IMG/VR virus record: IMGVR_UViG_3300031786_000496
Location: 1-25,769 of that record
Strand: one strand, 5' to 3'
Length of the DNA: 25,769 nt
Origin: a virus
Lineage: Duplodnaviria; Caudoviricetes
Shown piece by piece: positions 1 through 7,606 of this stretch. The position numbers and the translations under genes were made by a program. Below the pieces are notes generated by a model, which saw nothing but the letters and a program-made list of their open reading frames with translations, had not been told where the DNA came from and ran no database searches. Numbering within the stretch: position 1 is the first letter of the stretch; every line of letters starts with the position of its first letter.

Positions 1-3000
1 GATGTTTGTGAAAGATACGAAGGTAAAGTATCACCAATAGGTAATTCTTCGGTTGTGATTATATTGTCTTCACAATCTAGGAAAGTAACCTCAGCAAGAC
101 TATTAGGCTCTGTATCACAAGGAACCTGAAAAGATACCTGACAAGGGTTAGTAGTACTTATTGTAGTATATACTACTTCGGCACCATTAAAAAGAATTGT
201 ACAGGTATCTGTTAATACTTCACAACCAGGATCTGTGTATGTAACCTCTTGGCAAGGAGATGGATTCTCAGGACCAAAAAAGTTAGGAGGACTTACAGGT
301 ATACTAATTACACAGGTCTGTGTGCCTATAGTTATGGTAAACGTTGCTACACCACTAGTAGTAGGGGTACCTGTAACAGTATATATTAGTTGACCAGTAG
401 GATCCGTTAATATACCCGCAGGTGTAGTAGCAGTTAACCCAGTAATTCCAGTAGAGTTGCTACTGTCTTCAGGATAAGGTTGTTCATTACTTCCCTCGTA
501 AGGAATTGTAATAGTTACACCATCAGCAGGCTCGTTTATTACTAATGATCCAGTTATAACAGCTTGGTCACAAAGTAGATCATCAATAATAGGAGGTGGC
601 TCTGAAACAGTAATTGTTAAATTACAGGTTTGGTCACCTACTTGAATATTAGTAAATGTGATTGTTCCTGATACAGTGGCTGTACCTTGGATGGTAAACG
701 GAACAGATCCTGAACCATTATTAAAATACCCATCGTCAATAGTTAACGTTAATCCATCTACAGTATCAGTATAAGGATCATAATATCCTCCGTTACCATT
801 GGTATAAGGAATAGCTCCTGTTATAAAAGTAGAAAAACCTTGTACAGGAGTAGCACTAAATGTAGCATTTGCACAGTCAAGATCTGCTGTTCCTGGTATA
901 GGATCTACTATAAGTACTACTGTGCAACTTTGATTAGCTACTGTAATAGGAAACGTAGCAGGACCTGATCCAACTGGTGTTCCTGTTACAGTATAAGTAA
1001 CAGTTCCATTTGGTTGATTAAATAATCCAGGAGCTAAAGTAGCAGTAAGTCCTGTTACAATGTTAATTGAGTTAGCAGAGTCACCCAGATAAGTACCACC
1101 ATTGGAACCGGAATAAGGAACTGTAAATGTTACACCCGATGCCGCTGAACCATTAGTTAAAGTTCCAGTTACACTAATGGATGAAGAAGTACAGTTTAAT
1201 GTGCTTATCTCACCATCAGGTGGCTCAACAGTTACATCAAGAGTACAACTACTGCCACCTATTATAACATCAAAAGAAGCCGTACCAGAACTTTGAGGTG
1301 TACCTGTTACTGTTAGCTGCAAAATACCAAATCCTACTGCAAACTGACCAGCTTCAAGAGTTGCGGTTAAACCAAGTACTCCACCTAATACAGAAGTAAA
1401 TGTTGCCGCAGGGTATGATCCACCATTACTATTACTATAATTTATATATAGTATAATGGGGTTGTTTACAGGTATTGGATCAGGGTACGTAATTGTACCA
1501 ACAACACTTAAACTGTTACAGTCTAGGTCTGCTGTACCGTCTCCAATTGGAGGAGTTAGTGTAAGAGTACAAGCAGGTGAACCTTCAGGAAATGAAAACT
1601 GAAAAGTAACTGGTATAAAACCAGCGGGCATTGTACCATTAAGGCTTAAACTAAGTGTTCCAGATCCAACAAGAAGTGTACCTGGAGACAAAGTTGCAGT
1701 TACACCTGGAGGCGTAGATTGTAAAGTCTGTGCGTTGTAAGTACCACCATTACCTCCTGTATATGGCACTGATAGTGTAATACCATCTACAGATTGTCCT
1801 GAAACAACTTGCGTACTAGTAGTAGCGGCTCCACAATCTAAATTTGCATCCCCCGGTAATTCATTTATTCTTAATAAAATCTGACAGGTATAGCCGCCAA
1901 TACTAATATTAAATACAGCAGTACCGGTGCTGGTAGGTGAGCCAATTATTGTAAAAAGAATACTTCCTGGCGCTGGTGCAGAGGGTGTTCCTGCAAAGTT
2001 TCCTGCAGGAGCAGACATAGTAAGACCACTTGGACCTTGTGCTCCATTAGCATTAAAAATCAGAAATGGGTAAGCACCACCATTTCCAGCAGTATATGGA
2101 ATGCTAACGGTAATGTTATTTGCTGCAGCATAACTTCCAGGATATAAAAGAGAAGAACCGTTTGTAACTACGGCATTATCGCAATCTAACTCACCCCCTG
2201 TTGGGGTAGGATCTATTATTGGTATTTCTAAAACACAACAAACTGCACCCTCTCCCTCATAACCACCAATACATATATCAAAGTATGCTGTACCTACTTG
2301 CGCTGACGCACCAGTTATAGTTCCTGTAAAAGAACCAGAACTAACAACAGTAGTAGGATCTAAAGTAAGTGTTAATCCAGTAACTCCTGTTGATAAAAAT
2401 GCATCACCCGCATACTCTCCACCTTCAGATGCTGTATATGCTATAGATATGTTTTGGTTTAGTGGTGTATCAACATAATAAGGAGGGCTATCGGGAGTAT
2501 ACGTAGCACTGTCACATCCTAAAAATGTAAGTGTAATTGGTGGTTCAACATCTAAAATAACAGTGCACTCTGCACCTAAAAAACTTATGTTAAAAGCAGC
2601 AGTACCTCCAGAATCGGGAGTTCCAGAAAGCGTGTATGTAAGTGTTCCAGAACCAACACTAAGATTACCAGAACTTATTGTAGCAGTTAAACCAGTTACA
2701 CCCGTAGATAAAATTGTCTGACTGGGATATGCTTGTCCATTAGCATTTATATATGATATATTAAACGTAGCGCCTGAAACAGGAATTCCTGCACTAAGAG
2801 GTCCTCCAATAACAAATGCACTTTCGCACAATAAAGTAAAAGCACAAGTAAAAGTAACAGTGACCTCAATAGGCTCTGTTAAATTAGTATAAGAATAGTT
2901 ATTACCAGAACCTGAAATAGAACCAGGGCCATCGGTTAATTCAAAAGAAGCAATTGCCGATCCATCCGGAATAGAAAGAAAACTTACATTTTCACCATAA

Positions 3001-4124
3001 AGTAACTCTACTGTATATGTAGTATTACCTGAACCTGAACCTGTAAAAAGACTTGTGTCACCTGTTGTTGTAACAACACCAGTACAAGGATCCTCAACAA
3101 TAATTACAGTTACTGGTACAGGAGGAATAACCAGCCTTATAGAAAAACCCTGTGTTTTGGGAGCGCTAAGGTTATTATAGTCACTAGCTGTATTATGACC
3201 TAAAGCGTAAAACTCTCCATTAGCACCAACGCTATCATTTATCCAAAAATTAGCAGCATTACCCCTACCTGAATATGATCCATTAAAACCGGAACGACTG
3301 CCTGCAGGAAGACCTGAAAACCCAGTAAGATTGGTTGCTCCAGTATTTGGTGAATTCCATTCTGCAAATGGGGTAGGTGTGTTTGATTTTAACTTACCTC
3401 CTATACTTCCAACAGGTGCAAGACTACTCACATAATTGCGTAATCTCGTTTTTTCAACAACAGTCGGGACTATAAATGGGGAACCAATTGCATTTAAAAA
3501 GGTATTAATATTACTAATTGCATGCCAGTTATATAAGTAACCATATACACAATTGAGCTCTTCAGTCCACGCATTATAATTAGTATAAGCTCCGGTAGTT
3601 TGATTTATCCAAAGAGTATCATCAGAACCACTGGGATTGTCTCCTATATATATAAGAGTAGGATCACCAAAATTTTCAACAAGGTTAGAAGCTAACCATG
3701 TTTGGTTTCCTATAACAACAGTAGGATAAACTACTTGATCAAATGTAACAGCACCGTATGCAACCGGAGGTGGTGCTAGAGTATCTGCTGTAGTTAAATC
3801 TGTGCAGCCTACCCACAAAGAAAAAACACAAGGTACTGCATCAAGCAGAGTTAAAGTAAATTCAGCATAACCCGCTCTGTCAGGTGTTCCTGAAAATGTA
3901 AGTGTAAGTTGTGTAATAGTTGCGTTAAGAGTGCCTGCTGGATATGAGTAAGATATATTTTCAAAACCTGGTGTTGTTGAAAATACTGGTCCTACGGCAG
4001 GGTAAGATGCTCCTAAACCGTTAGTAACATTAAAAGTCCAAGTATTACCGCTATTAAAGGGAACTCCAACCTCATAGGTTCCTTGAGGTGGCGCACCATA
4101 AGTAGGACAAAGTAAATTAGGCAT
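1..4124 (-). CDS. Large adhesin/tail-fibre-like protein (>1374 aa, 3' end outside window) with Fib_succ_major (FISUMP) domain and nine Cys-stapled Ig-like repeats
   Basis: Not in the ORF track. Manual translation from ATG at 4124 (MPNLLCPTYGAPPQG...) is open to base 1 with no stop. ~3750-3129 reads YPTVVIGNQTWLASNL...YGYLYNWHA...GGKLKS...WNSPNTGATNLTGFSGLPAGSR...FW...GFSIRLV, the hallmark motifs of Fib_succ_major. The start lies just downstream of the stop of the 185-aa gene. Confidence 0.9.
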   Translation of the reverse strand, partial: MPNLLCPTYGAPPQGTYEVGVPFNSGNTWTFNVTNGLGASYPAVGPVFSTTPGFENISYSYPAGTLNATITQLTLTFSGTPDRAGYAEFTLTLLDAVPCVFSLWVGCTDLTTADTLAPPPVAYGAVTFDQVVYPTVVIGNQTWLASNLVENFGDPTLIYIGDNPSGSDDTLWINQTTGAYTNYNAWTEELNCVYGYLYNWHAISNINTFLNAIGSPFIVPTVVEKTRLRNYVSSLAPVGSIGGKLKSNTPTPFAEWNSPNTGATNLTGFSGLPAGSRSGFNGSYSGRGNAANFWINDSVGANGEFYALGHNTASDYNNLSAPKTQGFSIRLVIPPVPVTVIIVEDPCTGVVTTTGDTSLFTGSGSGNTTYTVELLYGENVSFLSIPDGSAIASFELTDGPGSISGSGNNYSYTNLTEPIEVTVTFTCAFTLLCESAFVIGGPLSAGIPVSGATFNISYINANGQAYPSQTILSTGVTGLTATISSGNLSVGSGTLTYTLSGTPDSGGTAAFNISFLGAECTVILDVEPPITLTFLGCDSATYTPDSPPYYVDTPLNQNISIAYTASEGGEYAGDAFLSTGVTGLTLTLDPTTVVSSGSFTGTITGASAQVGTAYFDICIGGYEGEGAVCCVLEIPIIDPTPTGGELDCDNAVVTNGSSLLYPGSYAAANNITVSIPYTAGNGGAYPFLIFNANGAQGPSGLTMSAPAGNFAGTPSAPAPGSILFTIIGSPTSTGTAVFNISIGGYTCQILLRINELPGDANLDCGAATTSTQVVSGQSVDGITLSVPYTGGNGGTYNAQTLQSTPPGVTATLSPGTLLVGSGTLSLSLNGTMPAGFIPVTFQFSFPEGSPACTLTLTPPIGDGTADLDCNSLSVVGTITYPDPIPVNNPIILYINYSNSNGGSYPAATFTSVLGGVLGLTATLEAGQFAVGFGILQLTVTGTPQSSGTASFDVIIGGSSCTLDVTVEPPDGEISTLNCTSSSISVTGTLTNGSAASGVTFTVPYSGSNGGTYLGDSANSINIVTGLTATLAPGLFNQPNGTVTYTVTGTPVGSGPATFPITVANQSCTVVLIVDPIPGTADLDCANATFSATPVQGFSTFITGAIPYTNGNGGYYDPYTDTVDGLTLTIDDGYFNNGSGSVPFTIQGTATVSGTITFTNIQVGDQTCNLTITVSEPPPIIDDLLCDQAVITGSLVINEPADGVTITIPYEGSNEQPYPEDSSNSTGITGLTATTPAGILTDPTGQLIYTVTGTPTTSGVATFTITIGTQTCVISIPVSPPNFFGPENPSPCQEVTYTDPGCEVLTDTCTILFNGAEVVYTTISTTNPCQVSFQVPCDTEPNSLAEVTFLDCEDNIITTEELPIGDTLPSYLSQT
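300..2838 (-). repeat. Eight tandem ~100-116-aa protein repeats (LDC...(V/I)PYxGxNGGxY...STGVTGLTATL..G.....G...YTVTGTP..SG.A.F.I.IGG..C.L.V)
   Basis: First Cys of each unit at about 2826, 2514, 2181, 1833, 1518, 1191, 873 and 570 (spacing ~300-350 nt), joined by Pro-rich linkers. A ninth, diverged copy forms the N-terminus (~3807-4124). Conserved at protein level, diverged at DNA level. Confidence 0.85.
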
Positions 4125-4125
4125 G

Positions 4126-4683
4126 TTATGCTGTGGTTACAATTATACTTACTGAAAAACAAGTGTTATTATTTCCGTCAGAATAAGTAGGTCTGACTCT
4201 TATCACATAAGAGTTCATTGCTAAAAGACCTGTTATTGTAGCTGTAGTAGTACTTTGCAATGGAAGTGATGTCCAGGTGCCTATAGCTGGATCATTCAGT
4301 TTATACTGAACTTCATATGCAGGATCTCCACTAGGGTTAGCATCTGACGCTCCCCAAGTAATACTTATAGTAGAGTTAGTAACATTTGTGCTTTGAAGTG
4401 GAATCGGTGAGTAAGATACACCTGCTGCTGTAACACAACCCGGGTTAGTAATGGCAAGAATCAATCTTTGAAAAACAGATTCTACTGTATCTCCTTTTTC
4501 AATACTATACTGTTGGATACTATCATTCATTACCGCACAAGCAGCATTTAGATACTCCATGCAGTTTCCCGCAACTTTTGACTCACAAGGAGGCGCACAT
4601 GCAGGTGCTACTTGACTAGTAGGAGTACATCCACAACCACATCCGTTAGTTGAACTTGTACTTGTATTATTTGAGCATGCCAT
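4126..4683 (-). CDS. Cys-rich virion protein with C-terminal fibronectin type III domain
   Basis: C-terminal half TNVTNSTISITW...YEVQYK...WTS...TATITGLLAMNSYVIRVRP matches the FN3 pattern. N-terminus contains GCGCGC; 10 Cys in total. Confidence 0.75.
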   Translation of the reverse strand: MACSNNTSTSSTNGCGCGCTPTSQVAPACAPPCESKVAGNCMEYLNAACAVMNDSIQQYSIEKGDTVESVFQRLILAITNPGCVTAAGVSYSPIPLQSTNVTNSTISITWGASDANPSGDPAYEVQYKLNDPAIGTWTSLPLQSTTTATITGLLAMNSYVIRVRPTYSDGNNNTCFSVSIIVTTA

Positions 4684-4710
4684 TTTTATCTTTTTATTCT
4701 AGTTAATTAA

Positions 4711-6369
4711 TTAAAGTCCAGGAGCAGGATCATTAATATTTATAATATCTCCAGTATTACATGTTCTAGAAACACCGTTTTGGGTAACTGCTGTAATAGT
4801 TAAACTAACTGTTGAACCACATTGTGCATTTACTGGTAGCGCATATGATGTACTAGTAATACCGCCAATTGTGCCAAGTGTTATAGTGTTAGTTGAAGTT
4901 GTACCTAAGGTATTCGTATACTGTAGAGTTCCGCTTACAAATGCAGTACCTGTCACACCTGGGCCATTAATAACAAGGAAGTTACCTAGATTAATAGTTA
5001 TACCTTGACCATTTGAAGGACAGGTTGTAGGCAGAGGGAACGGTGTATATGTAATATTAGGTGACGCAGCGCTCCACAATAAAGGACAATTTGCTGTTAA
5101 AGGATTATTTATTGCCTGACCGTTATTAGCTGCAGATACTGCACACTCCTGATTAGTTGTAAGATTTTGCCAATAGAATGTTCCTGTTGTAGTGACGCCT
5201 AATGAGTTACTTATTCCCGAAAGAGTTGTAAGTTTATTTTGAGTAGATCCGTCATAATATACCTGAGAAGCTGGTGATGCAGGTAAGTTTACTGAAATTG
5301 GAGATGTACTACCATTTGCAGATGCAACAACATTACCTTCAAATCTTACAAGTCTCCATTCTTGACCAGCAATTGTAATACTAGTATTAGATGGGCTAAC
5401 TGTAGCACCGCTTCCTGCCGATACAACAAAGAACAGATCATTGGTAAGGGCATCCTTATTAAGTTGGAATGTAGGTCTGGGTAAATTAGTAGGACAAGCA
5501 ACCTCTGGAGCACAACATTCATCTAATTGTGCTTGAAGATTTGTAAGACCTGTTCTAATGTCACAAACAACAACCCAAAGATTTTGAATTTGCTGATATG
5601 CAGTTGTAGCATTGGGGATCCATAATGGATTATTACCTATAAGTCGACCCGGATCACCCATCTGTAAATCATTACCAGTAACACATGCCGCAGCTGATGA
5701 TGCGCTAGTAAATTGTGGAGTAGTGCCAGTAGTACCCTGCAGCTCACAAAAAGCAGCATCAAGCACATTAATATATTCTTGTAGGGATAAAGTCGATTGA
5801 CTTAGGCAATCACTAGTTACATTAAAACTAGTACCGCCACCACCGCCACTAGTATTGTTTTCAAGATTTGTTACTCTTGTATCTAGAGCATCGATCTGAT
5901 TTTGAAGATTAGCAATACTAGTAAGTATTGTACAAATTCTGTTACCAATCAGAATTACATAATCCTTGATTGCAAGAGCGGTAACGGTATTTCCTAAATT
6001 ATCAGTGTACTGAAGACAAGGTGCTACAGCTACCTCACAATCAGATGGGCAACCTGAAGTAGTAATACCCCCATCTGCAGCATTTGGATTTTCTAGCGCA
6101 CAAATCTTATTAAGGATAATTTGCATTACATCCCTAAAGTTCTGTGGAGTAGGATACAAAGGATTAAAACAAGATAAGTCTAGAAGACTAATATCTGTTT
6201 GACTAGTTATATCGCATAACTCTGTTGCCATTTTAGCAATGACATCACTAACCGAATCCCCGGTACATAAGTTGATGCACGGAATATTTGGTCCTTGCCA
6301 TACAACGCAGTTAGATGAAATAGGGTTACAACCCTGCTGCGTGTTGTTTGATTTAATAGGAACTGCCAT
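4711..6369 (-). CDS. Cys-rich coiled-coil fibre-like structural protein
   Basis: 552 aa, 23 Cys. Heptad segments (IANLQNQIDALDTRVTNLEN; LTNLQAQLDE), SGGGGG hinge and a beta-rich T/S/G C-terminal region; lies in the fibre cluster. Confidence 0.6.
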   Translation of the reverse strand: MAVPIKSNNTQQGCNPISSNCVVWQGPNIPCINLCTGDSVSDVIAKMATELCDITSQTDISLLDLSCFNPLYPTPQNFRDVMQIILNKICALENPNAADGGITTSGCPSDCEVAVAPCLQYTDNLGNTVTALAIKDYVILIGNRICTILTSIANLQNQIDALDTRVTNLENNTSGGGGGTSFNVTSDCLSQSTLSLQEYINVLDAAFCELQGTTGTTPQFTSASSAAACVTGNDLQMGDPGRLIGNNPLWIPNATTAYQQIQNLWVVVCDIRTGLTNLQAQLDECCAPEVACPTNLPRPTFQLNKDALTNDLFFVVSAGSGATVSPSNTSITIAGQEWRLVRFEGNVVASANGSTSPISVNLPASPASQVYYDGSTQNKLTTLSGISNSLGVTTTGTFYWQNLTTNQECAVSAANNGQAINNPLTANCPLLWSAASPNITYTPFPLPTTCPSNGQGITINLGNFLVINGPGVTGTAFVSGTLQYTNTLGTTSTNTITLGTIGGITSTSYALPVNAQCGSTVSLTITAVTQNGVSRTCNTGDIININDPAPGL

Positions 6370-6374
6370 ATCTT

Positions 6375-6387
6375 TAATATACTAAAT
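6375..6387 (-). promoter_or_regulatory. Putative phage late promoter motif ATTTAGTATATTA
   Basis: Intergenic copy of a motif recurring at 12553, 14794, 15683 and 20064; 5 nt upstream of the ATG at 6369. Confidence 0.4.
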
Positions 6388-6393
6388 ATTTTT

Positions 6394-7596
6394 TTATTCT
6401 GCTACTACATTTTCAGGTTCGTTGCAATTATCACATGGATCTGCATCATAGTAAGAACAGTCTACTGTCCATGTAGATAACCCACAGTCAGGTGACAAAC
6501 ACGCTGACTTATTTACAACAACCCACTGGTCATTTGTGCCAATAGGATAATCACTGTTTATCAGCAATTTAGCTGCTATGACACCGGTGTCTTCATTAAC
6601 AATTACCCAGTAACTATTCTGAATATCCCAGTATACTATACCATTTATGCCTGTATCACGAGTAAACTTAAATGACCACTTGCCATTTATAAAGTCATTG
6701 TATGTTGCAACCTGAGAACCACAGATATCATTTCCAGTAACAAACACACATAGAGTAGGAAGAATTACCTGACAAGTGCTGTAGTTAATACTTTCTAGAT
6801 CAGCAATCTCTTTGTCTATCCACAACTTATCATAGTCTATTCCAGTACAGCAACTGTGTACACCGTGTCTGATTCCCATGAACAACTTGTAATAGTTGTT
6901 TGCAAAGTTTGTATTTGCTTTAATCTCAGCATCAGATACTGTTATTCTAAAAAAGTCTTTTGCTGGTTTCTGAGTATACTTAGGTATTTCACAACAACCA
7001 GGAGGTGGTGGAGGTGGTAAACAACACTCACAAGTGCTATATGCATTTGCTATAGTGTAAGTAGGTCTTAAAGAGGCTCCTTCGCCCGGTGTAAATGGTC
7101 CTGAGACTTTATAACAATTTTCTGTATCACCCTCAAGCTTAACAATCATGTCTGTATATAAGTACAGATCACTGGATGTAACTAAAGCTGATAGAGGTGA
7201 GTTTACAATACTATCTATGTTGTTATTAGTAACTACTACATTAGCTAGGCAGTTAGTAAGCACATAGACATCATTATAAGCATTATCAGTAGGACATGTT
7301 GCTTCATTAGATTTAATCCAAAAGTTTATAGAGAGTCCTGCATCATCTTGTATTTGATTAGGTGAATCGGTACATGCTCTACATGCATCAGATATTACAC
7401 CAGGTATTGTACAAAAACTTTGGAAAGTATAATATGTCTCAGGAAAGTTAGCTGCATCATTAATTTCAATTAACTGACCTTGAGCTAATCCTGTAAGAAA
7501 AACAGTTTGCGTAGCTGACTGCTTACACGTATAATAGTAAACAGGCAATCCTGTTAAACAACTATTTAGAGTTACGCATATGCAGGAAGTAGTCAT
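6394..7596 (-). CDS. Cys-rich structural protein sharing modules with the upstream 939-aa protein
   Basis: Contains a YVLTNC...DLYLYTDMIVKL...CYKV...YSTCECCL repeat unit, a poly-Pro linker (LPPPPPPGCC) and an NGKWSFKFT...W...N...DYPI...W module. Confidence 0.7.
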   Translation of the reverse strand: MTTSCICVTLNSCLTGLPVYYYTCKQSATQTVFLTGLAQGQLIEINDAANFPETYYTFQSFCTIPGVISDACRACTDSPNQIQDDAGLSINFWIKSNEATCPTDNAYNDVYVLTNCLANVVVTNNNIDSIVNSPLSALVTSSDLYLYTDMIVKLEGDTENCYKVSGPFTPGEGASLRPTYTIANAYSTCECCLPPPPPPGCCEIPKYTQKPAKDFFRITVSDAEIKANTNFANNYYKLFMGIRHGVHSCCTGIDYDKLWIDKEIADLESINYSTCQVILPTLCVFVTGNDICGSQVATYNDFINGKWSFKFTRDTGINGIVYWDIQNSYWVIVNEDTGVIAAKLLINSDYPIGTNDQWVVVNKSACLSPDCGLSTWTVDCSYYDADPCDNCNEPENVVAE

Positions 7597-7606
7597 TTCT
7601 TTTATT

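Noticed and set aside
300-2838. CRISPR-like or DNA tandem array
   Set aside because: The periodicity is ~300-350 nt, in-frame and conserved only at amino-acid level; no identical short direct repeats with spacers.
3129-3750. Diversity-generating retroelement targeting the FISUMP domain
   Set aside because: No reverse transcriptase and no second near-identical copy (template repeat) seen in this window; the domain is internal. Cannot exclude elements elsewhere in the genome.
4703-4713. TAATTAATTAA triple-frame stop (also at ~18799-18809)
   Set aside because: Only two copies of an AT-only palindrome in an AT-rich genome; no function supportable.
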